From: Candidatus Cloacimonetes bacterium HGW-Cloacimonetes-3
GTDB taxonomy: Bacteria; Cloacimonadota; Cloacimonadia; Cloacimonadales; Cloacimonadaceae
DNA length: 64,000 bases
Assembly (NCBI GenBank): GCA_002840645.1
Contig: PHBO01000010.1
Location: 60,470 to 124,469, forward strand
Reading direction: 5' to 3'
Positions 46,391 through 56,386 of the stretch are shown piece by piece (within the stretch, counting starts at the first letter, position 1; each line of letters begins with the position of its first letter). The position numbers were made by a program, and so were the translations under genes. The notes under the pieces are model-generated. The model searched no databases and was not told the DNA's origin. It saw only the letters and a program-made list of their open reading frames with translations.

Positions 46391-46451
46391 CCATAACAAT
46401 TCCCTAACAATTCCCTAATGGCGTTAGGGAATTGTTAGGGAATTGTTATGG
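46391..46451. repeat. Perfect 28-bp-arm palindrome of 11-bp units (CCCTAACAATT)
   Basis: CCATAACAATTCCCTAACAATTCCCTAA-TGGCG-TTAGGGAATTGTTAGGGAATTGTTATGG. Confidence 0.92.
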
Positions 46452-46552
46452 GAGCATTAGAGGTACAAGCAGGGACAAAGCGGGCGATTAAACTTGACAA
46501 AACAAACGCTTATACCCCGATGTAGATTAACATAATACACAAAGGAAGAACG

Positions 46553-46900
46553 ATGAAGCAGTACATTATAAAGACTATAGTTACCCTGTTTATCATTGTA
46601 TCGGTTAGCGAAATAGCCAAACGAAGCAGCCTGATTGGGGGGATATTGGTTTCCCTGCCGATAGTTTCGGTGCTGGCAATGATGTGGCTGTGGGTGGATA
46701 CTAAGAGCAAAGTGAAGGTATCAGAGCTTTCCCACACCATTTTCTGGCTGGTGATCCCTTCGCTGGTACTGTTCGTCAGTCTGCCCCTGCTGCTGAAAAA
46801 GCTGGATTTCGGCTGGGCAATGCTGCTCTCCTGCTCCTTCACAGTAATAGCATACTACCTGATGGTGACGGTTCTGGGGTATTTTAATGTGAAGCTATAA
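46553..46900 (+). CDS. Small membrane protein (DUF3147-like)
   Basis: VSEIAKRSSLIGGILVSLP, FWLVIPSL pattern; four TM segments. Confidence 0.7.
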   Translation: MKQYIIKTIVTLFIIVSVSEIAKRSSLIGGILVSLPIVSVLAMMWLWVDTKSKVKVSELSHTIFWLVIPSLVLFVSLPLLLKKLDFGWAMLLSCSFTVIAYYLMVTVLGYFNVKL

Positions 46901-46998
46901 AGTGGAAAGGTGGAAGGGTGGAAGAGTGTAACAAGCGTTAAGGAGATTGTTGCAAAACCGAACTTAGTCTATCTTTTCTCTCTTATTCCTCTTTAACT

Positions 46999-47077
46999 CT
47001 TTTACTCTTTGTTAAAAAACCCTCTGCTTTTCTCCGCTTTTCTCTGCTTTTCCTCTGTGTTAAAAAAAGAAATCTAC
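46999..47077. repeat. Pyrimidine-rich dispersed repeat, copy 2
   Basis: Similar to 3907-3982. Confidence 0.75.
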
Positions 47078-47637
47078 CCGTTATACCGGAAACACCCCAC
47101 CAGATGGTCATTCACCATGCCAGCAGCCTGCATGAAGGCATAGCAGATGGTGGTGCCCACGAACTTGAAGCCCGCTTGCTTCAGGCTCTTGCTCATGGCA
47201 TCGGACAAATGACTGCTTACCGGAATCTGGCTAAGCTCCGTCCAGCGGTTTTGGATGGTCTTACCGCCGGTGAACTGCCAGATGTACTTATCAAAGCTGC
47301 CATACTGTGCAACTATCTCCAGAAACGCCTTTGCATTGCCGATGGTAGCCTGTATCTTTGCCCGGTTGCGGATGATGCCGCTATCTGCCAGCAACTGGCT
47401 AATCTTCTCTTCCCCATAGCCGGCAATCAGCTCCGGCTGGAAGTTATCGAAAGCAGCGCGGAAGTTCTCCCGCTTGTTAATGATGCAATTCCAGCTTAAG
47501 CCTGCCTGAAACGCATCCAGAGTAATAAACTCAAACAGCTTGCGGTCATCATGCAGCGGGACACCCCACTCTTCATCATGGTACTTTATCATCAGTTCGC
47601 TTGCGCCCACCCAAGGGCAACGGTTTGTAGCTTGCAT
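47074..47637 (-). CDS. tag: DNA-3-methyladenine glycosylase I
   Basis: RCPW, YHDEEWG, FQAGLSW, IIRNRAKI, GFKFVG, MQAAGMVNDH. Confidence 0.95.
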   Translation of the reverse strand: MQATNRCPWVGASELMIKYHDEEWGVPLHDDRKLFEFITLDAFQAGLSWNCIINKRENFRAAFDNFQPELIAGYGEEKISQLLADSGIIRNRAKIQATIGNAKAFLEIVAQYGSFDKYIWQFTGGKTIQNRWTELSQIPVSSHLSDAMSKSLKQAGFKFVGTTICYAFMQAAGMVNDHLVGCFRYNG

Positions 47638-47814
47638 TATACCTCCTCCTATTGTTACCTGTGCGATCTAAGCACTTGAGTATGAATGCACAAATGATAA
47701 ATTTGTCAAGAACGTTCTCGACCCACTTTTTTATCTAAATCGGCTTGAAATGTCCCGGATAGGTTTGGCTTATAATTCCGCCCCAGATTATCGTTGCGCA
47801 TAGTAATTACATTG

Positions 47815-47956
47815 AGGGGCGGAATTTTGAGTTAAACCGGGAAAAGCATGTTGTCAATACGCCAGCGTTCAAATCCTCTGTTTAACTTAAAAAATAAGCC
47901 ACTGTGCAGTTAGTACACAAGCAATGTGGGTGGATGGGGCTTTTTTTAAGCCAAAC
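47815..47956 (+). repeat. ~140-bp direct repeat left of the AAA ATPase gene
   Basis: First 27 bp identical to 49199-49225; both end AGCCAAAC; internal TTTTGAGTTAAA / TTTAACT(T/C)AAAA stem. Confidence 0.85.
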
Positions 47957-48054
47957 AGGGGAGGTAGAGTTATTTTGCTTGACGGTAAGCTTTGGGTAGG
48001 AAAAGTGTGCAAAACAGGGACAGCTATCCCTGATTTGCATAAAATACTGAGGTA

Positions 48055-49200
48055 ATGATGCTGAGAAGAACCATGCAAGACTACATCACCAAGGCAGCAA
48101 AAGGATTTCCGGTAATAACCATAACCGGACCGCGTCAGTCGGGTAAAACCACTTTAGCTAAAATGCAATTCCCGGATTATACATATTACGACTTGGAAGA
48201 TCCTGATCTACGCTTAGTGATGGAGGAGAACCCCAAGAGTCTGTTCAAAGACCCGCTGGGGAAATACATTATTGATGAATTCCAATATGTGCCCTCGCTC
48301 TTATCGCATATCAAAGTGATGGTAGATAAGGCGCAGATTAGTGCGCAGTTCGTTTTAACCGGCAGCAGTCAATTTCAGATGATGGGAAATCTCTCGCAAT
48401 CTTTAGCAGGGAGAACGGCAATTTTTCAGTTGCTGCCTTTCAGCTATGCCGAAGTATATAAGCAGCAGAAACCCACGCTGGAAGAGGTATTGTTCCAAGG
48501 TTTTTATCCCCGTTTGATAGATAAAGGGATGAATCCCCAAGTGTTTTATACATCATATATAAATACCTATCTGGAGCGGGATATCCGTTTGCTATCCAAG
48601 GTTCACGATCTGAACTTGTTCCATAAATTCATCTCTTTATGTGCTGGCAGAACAGGATGTATCTTCAATAAAGCAGCCTTGGCAAATGAAACGGGCATTG
48701 ATGTAAAAACCGTGAGCAACTGGCTGTTCTTACTCCAAACCAGCTTTATCATATACTTCCTGCAACCCTGGCATAGCAACGTAAACAAGCGGATGATAAA
48801 ATCGCCCAAACTGTATTTCTATGATACGGGTCTTGTTTGCAGGCTGCTAAAAATCAGAGAAAGCAAGGAACTGGAAAATCACCCTTTAAAGGGGCAGATA
48901 TTCGAGACTTTTGTGATATCTGAGTATCTTAAGAAGTTCTACAATCAGGGGTTGGAGGCACCATTATATTTCTACAGAGACAGCAACGGTAACGAAGTTG
49001 ATCTGATTATCCAAAATGGTGCAGATTTACAACCCATAGAGATAAAATCGGCACAAAGCTATCATCCCGGCTTTCAGAAGAACATAAATGTGTTCCGAAA
49101 GGTTAGTGGTAGCACTTGTAAAGCTACTATTGTGTATGCCGGAGAGATGGAATGGGAGACAAACAATACGGAAATAGTACCTTACACCAATCTCCGTTAG
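48055..49200 (+). CDS. AAA_14 / DUF4143 family ATPase
   Basis: ITGPRQSGKTT, IIDEFQ, LTGSS, KSPKLYFYDTG, YFYRDSNGNEVDL, IEIKS (PD-D/ExK-like tail). Confidence 0.9.
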   Translation: MMLRRTMQDYITKAAKGFPVITITGPRQSGKTTLAKMQFPDYTYYDLEDPDLRLVMEENPKSLFKDPLGKYIIDEFQYVPSLLSHIKVMVDKAQISAQFVLTGSSQFQMMGNLSQSLAGRTAIFQLLPFSYAEVYKQQKPTLEEVLFQGFYPRLIDKGMNPQVFYTSYINTYLERDIRLLSKVHDLNLFHKFISLCAGRTGCIFNKAALANETGIDVKTVSNWLFLLQTSFIIYFLQPWHSNVNKRMIKSPKLYFYDTGLVCRLLKIRESKELENHPLKGQIFETFVISEYLKKFYNQGLEAPLYFYRDSNGNEVDLIIQNGADLQPIEIKSAQSYHPGFQKNINVFRKVSGSTCKATIVYAGEMEWETNNTEIVPYTNLR

Positions 49201-49339
49201 GGGCGGAATTTTGAGTTAAACCGGGCAAAGCATGTTGTCAATAGCCAGCGGTCAAATCCTCTTTTTAACTCAAAAACAAGCCACTGTTTAGCAAGTACAT
49301 AGGGAAGGTTGGGAGAGGTGGCTTTTTTTTTAGCCAAAC
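49199..49339 (+). repeat. ~140-bp direct repeat right of the AAA ATPase gene
   Basis: Copy of 47815-47956; begins inside the TAG stop codon of the ATPase. Confidence 0.85.
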
Positions 49340-49534
49340 GCAGAAGCGGATAGATTTGGAAAAATAAATGCCAAATCTGTCCCAAAACTCCAATTCTGTC
49401 CCCCTATACATTATGAAGGGTTGCTTTACTGAATGCCTAAAACCCCCGCCTTATTTTTTTATTGACAGTTTGGGGGATATGTATGGCAATGTCATTTAGT
49501 GAAATACCGTAATAGATATAAATAGGAGATATAG

Positions 49535-50344
49535 ATGCTTACCATTGACTGGAAAGAACGGCTGGATATGGACACAGAGGACTACCTGAAGAATAAGCTC
49601 ACCAAAGGCGACTATGATTTTGAAATCATCTTCAACGCCTATCCCGAACGGGTGAACGGCAAGATTCCCACGGATGTGATTAACCATGTAGCGGGAGTTA
49701 TCGTGCATAAGCTGGGTAAGACTCACGAGCAGTATGTGCCTTTCTACCAAAAGCTTTGGGTTAAAAAAGGCGAATATGGCAAGATAGCCTTTTCGCTAAT
49801 CATGAGCAAGCTGCTGCACAAGAAACCGCAGATTTACCTGCCCTTGTTTGAGGATGCACTTGCTCACGCTGATAATACTGAAGTGGCTTCATTATTAGAC
49901 AAAGTGATGCTGCCGCTGCTGCGCAAACACCCGGAAAAGTACCTTAGCATTGCCTATGCCTATAGCAACAGCAAGAACGAATTCATCCACAAGAACGGGC
50001 TGAACCTGCTGGTGAAGCTGCTGAAGAAGCGGGAAGACCTTATCCCCACCATCATGGAGCACTTTTCACACCAATGGAGCTACCCTCTGGGCGAAGCAAT
50101 GCCCAGCCATGTACTGATGCTGAAAGCCGTAGCCAAGCAAAGCCCGGATTATTATTTGAAGGTATGGGAAGAGCATGGCAGCAGCCGTGATCCGCAGATC
50201 GTGGAACTGCTTTGCGCTGCCGTTACGGACTATATTCCCCAAATTGAAGCACCTGTCGAGCTTTGGACGCACAGCGGGAATGCACGCGTGAAAAAGGCTG
50301 CCACTGCTGCATATAAGCTGTTGCTGAAGAAGAAGGGAGCTTAA
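49535..50344 (+). CDS. Hypothetical all-helical (HEAT/ARM-like) protein
   Basis: 269-aa ORF with AGGAG SD, in tandem with greA; family assignment not secure. Confidence 0.65.
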   Translation: MLTIDWKERLDMDTEDYLKNKLTKGDYDFEIIFNAYPERVNGKIPTDVINHVAGVIVHKLGKTHEQYVPFYQKLWVKKGEYGKIAFSLIMSKLLHKKPQIYLPLFEDALAHADNTEVASLLDKVMLPLLRKHPEKYLSIAYAYSNSKNEFIHKNGLNLLVKLLKKREDLIPTIMEHFSHQWSYPLGEAMPSHVLMLKAVAKQSPDYYLKVWEEHGSSRDPQIVELLCAAVTDYIPQIEAPVELWTHSGNARVKKAATAAYKLLLKKKGA

Positions 50345-50347
50345 GCT

Positions 50348-50830
50348 TTGGACCTTAGCGTATTTATTACTAAGCAAGGTATGGAAAAGCTGCAAAAGCG
50401 CATCCAGCACCTGATGAACGATGAACGCCCGGAAGTGATAAAACAAATCGCTATAGCCCGTGAATTCGGAGACCTTAGCGAAAATGCAGAATACAAGGCA
50501 GGTAAAGAGCGTCAGCGTTATATAGATACCGAAATAGATTATCTGCGCAGACGCAGTGCCCAGCTTAAGGTTGTAGATACAGAAGGTTTCCCCAAGGATG
50601 TGCTGCGGTTTGGCAGTTATTGCGTTGCCGACGACATCACCAACGGTGAGCGGATATGCTACCAGGTAGTAGGCGCAGAAGAACTAAATTTTACCCACGA
50701 AGAGGGTGTGATGGCAGTATCGGTAGTATCCCCCATCGGCAAAGCCCTGTTAGGAAAGAAAGTGGGGGAAATAGCCGTGGTTAGCGCACCCATGGGCGAA
50801 AGACATTTAAAAATTATAGAAATCAGATAA
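50348..50830 (+). CDS. greA: Transcription elongation factor GreA/GreB family
   Basis: AREFGDLSENAEY, SVVSPIGKALLGK; TTG start. Confidence 0.88.
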   Translation: MDLSVFITKQGMEKLQKRIQHLMNDERPEVIKQIAIAREFGDLSENAEYKAGKERQRYIDTEIDYLRRRSAQLKVVDTEGFPKDVLRFGSYCVADDITNGERICYQVVGAEELNFTHEEGVMAVSVVSPIGKALLGKKVGEIAVVSAPMGERHLKIIEIR

Positions 50831-50843
50831 AAATGGAGTAAAA

Positions 50844-52256
50844 ATGAAGAAGAAAGAAAGCACTACAGCCGCTTTGTCTTACGAACGTAAGAACTTCTGG
50901 AAAGAAGCACCGGTGGAAGAACAAAAAGCTGCCTTCGCATTTGCTGAAGCCTACAAGAGCTTTTTGAACGATGCTAAAACAGTTCGCGAAACCATTGCCT
51001 ACACAGAAGCCCTGCTTAAAAAAAACAAGTTCAGCGCTATCGGTAAAAAGGGCAGCCACAAGGTATTCACGATCTTCAGGAACAAGACCATCGCCATGGC
51101 AGTTATCGGCAGCGAGCCTATCTCCAATGGCTTTAACATGGTGGCAGCACATATCGATGCCCCCCGGATTGATCTGAAACAAAACCCTCTTTACGAAGAT
51201 AGCGTAAGTGCCATGGCTTGCATGCGCACCCACTATTACGGCGGTATCAAGAAATACCAGTGGTTATCCACCCCCCTTGCTCTGCATGGTATTATTGTTA
51301 GAACCGATGGCAGCAAACTGGAGATCAGCATCGGTGAACGCGATGACGAGCCTGTATTTGTAATTCCAGACCTCCTGCCCCATTTGGCAAAAAAAGAGCA
51401 ATATTCTAAGAACCTTGCCGATGCCTTTGACGCTAACAAAATGAACCTGCTTTTCAGTGGTATGCAAACCCCCATGGGCGAAGACAAAGATGCCTTAAAA
51501 TCCTATGCTTTGAAGCTGCTTAATGACAAGTACGGAATAACCGAAAGTGATTTCCTGTCTGCCGAATTGGAGCTTGTACCCGCTGTTAAAGCACGTGATG
51601 CCGGGTTTGACGGTAGCATGGTTGTAGGCTATGGTCAGGACGACCGCATTTGCGCCTACACAGGGATGAAGGCACTGCTGGACAATCTGGATAGCAAGCC
51701 TAAGCGCACCATGGTGGTATATTTCTCTGATAAGGAAGAAGTTGGCAGCCAAGGCAATACAGGTGCACATAGCGTGTTTATCAAGGACTTTATCGGCAGC
51801 ATAATGGAGCATAATGGCGAAAGCAACAGTAGTGCAAACCTTCGTAAAGCCTTTATGAATGCACAAATCCTTAGTGCCGATGTAACGGCTGCAATAAATC
51901 CTAACTATCCCAATGTACATGAGAAACAGAATGCAGTGATCTTCAATCATGGGATTGGTATATCCAAATTCACCGGTAGCGGTGGCAAATACAGTTGCAA
52001 TGATGCCAATGCCGAGTTTACTGCAAAGATTCACAGTATCTTCACAGATGCCAAGGTGTTCTGGCAGACCGGCGAACTTGGCAAGGTGGATGAAGGTGGT
52101 GGCGGTACTATTGCCTATATTCTGGCAAACCTTGGCGCGGAAGTGTTGGATTGCGGAGTTGGTCTGATGGGAATGCACTCTCTATATGAGCTTTGCTCCA
52201 AAGCAGACCTATATTCCACTTACAAGGCTTACAAATACTTCTTACAATCAAAATGA
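50844..52256 (+). CDS. M18 family aminopeptidase
   Basis: AHIDAPRIDLK, YYGGIKKYQW, GQDDRICAY, KEEVGS, GMHS. Confidence 0.92.
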   Translation: MKKKESTTAALSYERKNFWKEAPVEEQKAAFAFAEAYKSFLNDAKTVRETIAYTEALLKKNKFSAIGKKGSHKVFTIFRNKTIAMAVIGSEPISNGFNMVAAHIDAPRIDLKQNPLYEDSVSAMACMRTHYYGGIKKYQWLSTPLALHGIIVRTDGSKLEISIGERDDEPVFVIPDLLPHLAKKEQYSKNLADAFDANKMNLLFSGMQTPMGEDKDALKSYALKLLNDKYGITESDFLSAELELVPAVKARDAGFDGSMVVGYGQDDRICAYTGMKALLDNLDSKPKRTMVVYFSDKEEVGSQGNTGAHSVFIKDFIGSIMEHNGESNSSANLRKAFMNAQILSADVTAAINPNYPNVHEKQNAVIFNHGIGISKFTGSGGKYSCNDANAEFTAKIHSIFTDAKVFWQTGELGKVDEGGGGTIAYILANLGAEVLDCGVGLMGMHSLYELCSKADLYSTYKAYKYFLQSK

Positions 52257-52276
52257 CCTAAATAGAGGAGTTCCTT

Positions 52277-53368
52277 ATGAAAAAAATGCTTGTCCTAATC
52301 GTGGTATTAATCCTGCTCGGTGGTTGCGTCAGCAACAAAAACTACCAAAACCAACAGCAAAAGATACTGCAGTTGGAGAATAACCTGAATGAGCAAAGCA
52401 CCGAACTGGTAGTATTGCGTAAAGAGATCATGCTTAGCCGCAGAGATACCGGATACTCCGCCCAAACTATAGATTCTCTGTTTGCTCAGGTAAAGGCTAT
52501 GTCTGAATTCCAGAACACTAATTTCCAGGAAATAAGCAGTGATGTGGCGTACCTGATGGAAGCAGTAGCAGAACAGGAAACCCTGCGTGAAGATTTTGAA
52601 AACATGCAGCAAGATACAGATGATATACTTGCCGGTTTTGCTGATCGTTTGGGTAACCTGAATGCTGATACAAGCTCCACTCCTGCCGTGGCGAAAGACC
52701 TGAAACAACTTAACCAAAGTGCCGAAGCCAGTAATAAAACGTTCAAGGAGCAAATTGCCACCCTGGAACGCAACATCGAAGACCTTCGCACTTCCTCCGG
52801 TACAGAGAAAAGCGGTCAATTCAGCGGCAGTATCGAAACCCTGCGCAAGCGTATGGACGATATGGAAGCCAGGCAGAAAGAAATAAACGCTGCCAATAAA
52901 GCCGAGCTTGAGCGTCTGGGCAGCATGCTTGATGCCAAGCCTATTATAAAAGAGAGTAAGGCTATTATCTCCAAACCTCCGACCTCTGCCGTGAAAGGCG
53001 AAGTAGCCGAATACGAGGCTGCCAGAGCAGAGTACACCAAAGGTAATCACCCCCATTCCAGAGATATGCTTGGCTCTTTCATGAGCAAGTATCCTACCAG
53101 CGACTATCTTGGCAATGCCTCCTACTGGATTGGCGAGAACTATTATGCAGAAGGTGATTTTACCAGTGCCCTGCGTGAATTCCAAAACGTGATCTCCCGT
53201 TACCCTGATTCTTGGAAGGCAGCAGATGCACAGCTAAAAATAGGCTTATGCTACTGGCACATGGGCAATCCTGAAGCAGGAAAGCAGGAATTAAACAGGA
53301 TAAAAACAGTTTATCCCAAGTACCCAAGAATGGACTTGGTAGATAAGTTCCTGAACCAAATAAAGTAG
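52277..53368 (+). CDS. Coiled-coil + TPR lipoprotein, CpoB/YbgF-like
   Basis: Lipobox LGGC; long coiled coil; YPTSDYLGNASYWIGENYY...YPDSWKAADAQLKIG. Confidence 0.8.
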   Translation: MKKMLVLIVVLILLGGCVSNKNYQNQQQKILQLENNLNEQSTELVVLRKEIMLSRRDTGYSAQTIDSLFAQVKAMSEFQNTNFQEISSDVAYLMEAVAEQETLREDFENMQQDTDDILAGFADRLGNLNADTSSTPAVAKDLKQLNQSAEASNKTFKEQIATLERNIEDLRTSSGTEKSGQFSGSIETLRKRMDDMEARQKEINAANKAELERLGSMLDAKPIIKESKAIISKPPTSAVKGEVAEYEAARAEYTKGNHPHSRDMLGSFMSKYPTSDYLGNASYWIGENYYAEGDFTSALREFQNVISRYPDSWKAADAQLKIGLCYWHMGNPEAGKQELNRIKTVYPKYPRMDLVDKFLNQIK

Positions 53369-53371
53369 TTA

Positions 53372-53962
53372 ATGCTTAAATACCTGCTCCCGGTCTGCAT
53401 TCTTTTTTGCCTGTGCGTCCCTGTTTGGGGGCTTCAGGCAACACATGAAGCGGAGACTATTGCCATAGCCATTGCCAAAGAGATTCAGACCGGAGAGCCA
53501 ATTTTTCTGGACTTGCGCACCGGGGAGTGGACAGCTTCACTAGCACAACAGCTCTCTAAAATCCTAATTGCCCGCGGAGCTGATATCAGGGACAATCCCA
53601 ACAGTCTGCATAACCCTGAATTTGCCATGGATAGCGCAGAAGAGGGCTATAAGCAAATAAACCTTAATAATTACAGCATCAGTACTGCGGTGTTGGTGCA
53701 AGTAACCCTGAATGTGAAATGGCAGGAGCAGATAGAGAAGAACTTCTTTTCTTACCGCAGTACCCGCCGTCCAATATACAGTTTCGAGACCAAACAAATA
53801 CATCTGCCTGATCAGCGGTTGACAAAGGTATCTTCCTATGACTTCAGCCGTGCCGATTCTCCCGAAAGAGAGGATTCCCGTTTGCGTTTACGCTGGTTCG
53901 AGCCTTTGGTGGCAGCCACTGCCATAGGTTCTATGATCTTTCTCCTCTGGAATTTTGATTAA
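53372..53962 (+). CDS. Hypothetical exported protein with C-terminal hydrophobic segment
   Basis: 196-aa ORF tightly packed between cpoB-like and bamD; signal peptide. Confidence 0.7.
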   Translation: MLKYLLPVCILFCLCVPVWGLQATHEAETIAIAIAKEIQTGEPIFLDLRTGEWTASLAQQLSKILIARGADIRDNPNSLHNPEFAMDSAEEGYKQINLNNYSISTAVLVQVTLNVKWQEQIEKNFFSYRSTRRPIYSFETKQIHLPDQRLTKVSSYDFSRADSPEREDSRLRLRWFEPLVAATAIGSMIFLLWNFD

Positions 53963-53972
53963 AGGAATATTA

Positions 53973-54695
53973 ATGCGCCGAATAACTATTATCCTGCTAA
54001 TCCTTATGCTCGGGCTTTCCGCCTGCAGCCGTAACAAACCCCAGCAATCCACAGAAATACGTTTGAAAGCAGCCGATGAGCTTTTTTCCAAAGGCAAGTA
54101 TGCCAAAGCTGCCATCTTGTATGGCGAAATTACCTTTGAACGTAAGTCCGCTGCTACTGCTTATGCAAACTTAAGACAAGCAGATTGCTATTTTGCCATT
54201 AACAAATTTACCGATGCCCGCGGTAAGTATGAGCAGTTTATTAGCTCTTTCCCGGATCACAGGGACGTAAGCACTGCTTATTACAAAGTTGGTGAATGCT
54301 TGTTTGAAGAATCCCTTTCCCCACAGTACGATCAGGATGAAACTATCGGCAGTATTGAGGCTTTCAATATATTTATCGAGAAGTTCCCTAACGATTCCCG
54401 CTATTCCTCTGCCCTGAATTACATCCGTAAAGCACAGTACAAGCTGCTGGAAAAGAAGTATCTTAACGGATATATCCATTATAAAATGAAAGATTACAGT
54501 GCAGCTCTGATGTACTTTGATGAAATTATCGCACTTGGTAACTCTGATGAGCTGGACCGCAAATCTTTGTATTACTCGGCTAAGCTGCATATGCACCAAA
54601 AGAACAAGGATAAATCCAGGCTTAGTTATGAGGCACTGGCGACCCGTTATCCCGGCTCCAAAGAGGCAAAACGGCTTTCCCGCCACTTTAAGTAG
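53973..54695 (+). CDS. bamD: Outer membrane protein assembly factor BamD
   Basis: Lipobox LSAC; TPRs; PQYDQDET...F..FIEKFPNDSRY pattern. Confidence 0.82.
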   Translation: MRRITIILLILMLGLSACSRNKPQQSTEIRLKAADELFSKGKYAKAAILYGEITFERKSAATAYANLRQADCYFAINKFTDARGKYEQFISSFPDHRDVSTAYYKVGECLFEESLSPQYDQDETIGSIEAFNIFIEKFPNDSRYSSALNYIRKAQYKLLEKKYLNGYIHYKMKDYSAALMYFDEIIALGNSDELDRKSLYYSAKLHMHQKNKDKSRLSYEALATRYPGSKEAKRLSRHFK

Positions 54696-55295
54696 ATGAT
54701 TCTTACTGACCCGGGCAAACTGGAGGGCTATACAGCAGTATTGGGTGGCAGTTTCGATCCCATCCACCTTGGGCATTTGCATATCGCCACTCAGGCTTTG
54801 CTTCTCTGCAGGCTAACAAGAGTGCTGTTTGTCCCAAACGGGAAGCACCATTTTAAAGCCGATAAAGTGCGCCTTGGCTACTCTGATCGCTATTCTCTGG
54901 TGGAGCGGGCAATAGCACATGAACCGCACTTTGAAGTTTCTGATGCTGATCAAGCCGGCAGCGGCTACACCGCTCATTTGATGCAAAAGCTATCTGCCCA
55001 AAACACTAACACTCGCTTTGCTTTCATCATTGGCTCGGACAACCTGCCCAATCTGGACAAGTGGTTCGATTTCCCCTGGCTGGCTGCAAACCTGCATTTT
55101 CTCGTAGTACCCCGTCCCGGTTATGAAATCCCCACAGACATTTTGCCAAGCATAAAGGCAAGCCTTTTGCCTATCGAGCTTTCTCCCATCTCTTCCACTG
55201 AGGTTAAATGCTGCATTGATAGCGGAAGAAGCATAAGTGGATTAGTGCCACCAAGCCTGGAAGAGGATATTATCCGGCTTTATCACAACAGTTAA
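54696..55295 (+). CDS. nadD: Nicotinate-nucleotide adenylyltransferase
   Basis: GGSFDPIHLGH, FIIGSD, ISSTEV. Confidence 0.93.
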   Translation: MILTDPGKLEGYTAVLGGSFDPIHLGHLHIATQALLLCRLTRVLFVPNGKHHFKADKVRLGYSDRYSLVERAIAHEPHFEVSDADQAGSGYTAHLMQKLSAQNTNTRFAFIIGSDNLPNLDKWFDFPWLAANLHFLVVPRPGYEIPTDILPSIKASLLPIELSPISSTEVKCCIDSGRSISGLVPPSLEEDIIRLYHNS

Positions 55296-55304
55296 GGATG
55301 TACC

Positions 55305-55976
55305 ATGAATAAGCCCGAAAACAGTTTTCTTGACCGTATCCCCCTAAGCCCCAAACAGAGCTTGGGAGAGGAAATAGCGAATGCAATAACTCACGGTTTA
55401 GGCATTGGGCTTTCCATTGCCGCATTGGTGATATTGGTAGTTTTTGCAGCAAAACAAAGTGATACTTGGAAGGTAGTTTCCTTCTGTATCTACGGTGCCA
55501 CCATGATTGTCCTTTATCTCTCCTCGACCCTGTATCATAGCTTTCTCCAGCCGAGGATGAAACGCTTTTTCAGGATATTCGATCACTCTTCCATTTTTTT
55601 ACTAATCGCCGGAACCTATACTCCCGTTACCATTGGCACGATGCGTGGAGGCTGGGGCTGGACATTATTTGGGATAATATGGGGCTTAGCAATACTTGGC
55701 ATTATTTCAAAGATCTTCGCCCTGGGCAAACTGAAAGCAGCATCTGTCGCAATTTACATTCTGATGAGCTGGATGATAATTATTGCCGTAAAACCTCTTT
55801 TGCATGCTACCCCGCCTTCATTCCTCATGTGGATGCTGATCGGTGGTGGAGCTTACATGTTGGGTGTGATATTCTACATTGCCAAGAAATTGCCATACCA
55901 TCACAGTGTGTGGCATCTCTTTGTTTTGGGCGGAAGTATTTGCCATTTCTTTGCTATGCTACAGCTTTTAAAGTAG
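55305..55976 (+). CDS. Hemolysin III / PAQR family membrane protein
   Basis: EEIANAITHG, SSTLYH, FDHSSIFLLIAGTYTP, HSVWHLFVLGG. Confidence 0.93.
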   Translation: MNKPENSFLDRIPLSPKQSLGEEIANAITHGLGIGLSIAALVILVVFAAKQSDTWKVVSFCIYGATMIVLYLSSTLYHSFLQPRMKRFFRIFDHSSIFLLIAGTYTPVTIGTMRGGWGWTLFGIIWGLAILGIISKIFALGKLKAASVAIYILMSWMIIIAVKPLLHATPPSFLMWMLIGGGAYMLGVIFYIAKKLPYHHSVWHLFVLGGSICHFFAMLQLLK

Positions 55977-56010
55977 GATTCTACTCACTTTTCTTTTACC
56001 TTCCCTGCTT

Positions 56011-56072
56011 GCATTGCCCTATCATTGCCCACCCATTCCCCACTTTGTGGGGTTTAGGTGGGGTTTGATAGG
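56011..56072. repeat. Degenerate palindrome of the CATTGCCC 11-bp-unit family (copy 3)
   Basis: GCATTGCCCTATCATTGCCCACCCATTCCCCACTTTGTGG closely matches the reverse complement of 3745-3784. Confidence 0.75.
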
Positions 56073-56247
56073 TGTCCAGAAGCAAGAAGAAGTTACCGGA
56101 CACCTCTTTTTCGTAAGTGGAATTTGCTGCGATTCACAAGTTCGCATTTCATTGAGCTACACACAAAAAACAGCTTGACATTCCACGCCCCTGTAAATTC
56201 ATGACTTACTGATCATAATTACGCATATATTCAAGGAGATATACATA

Positions 56248-56382
56248 ATGAAACGTACTTATCAACCCCACAACAGACCTCGTAAGAGCACCCATGGCTT
56301 CCGCAGCCGCATGGCTACCAAGAATGGCCGCAAGGTCTTGGCACGTCGTAGAGCAAAAGGGAGAAAAACCTTAAGCGTATGA
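56248..56382 (+). CDS. rpmH: 50S ribosomal protein L34 (absent from the supplied ORF track)
   Basis: Manual translation [44 protein letters not shown]; AAGGAG SD. Confidence 0.97.
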   Translation: MKRTYQPHNRPRKSTHGFRSRMATKNGRKVLARRRAKGRKTLSV

Positions 56383-56386
56383 GCTT

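Noticed and set aside
49194-49339. Integron attC site after the ATPase (GTTAGGG at the stop)
   Set aside because: No RYYYAAC...GTTRRRY pair in the proper order, and no integron integrase in the window.
47887-49385. Two similar short minus-strand ORFs (47887-48078, 49197-49385) as paralogous peptides
   Set aside because: The similarity simply reflects translation of the ~140-bp direct repeat.
55977-56247. Replication origin upstream of rpmH
   Set aside because: No divergent dnaA and no TTATCCACA-type boxes seen; only a palindromic repeat and a TTGACA element.
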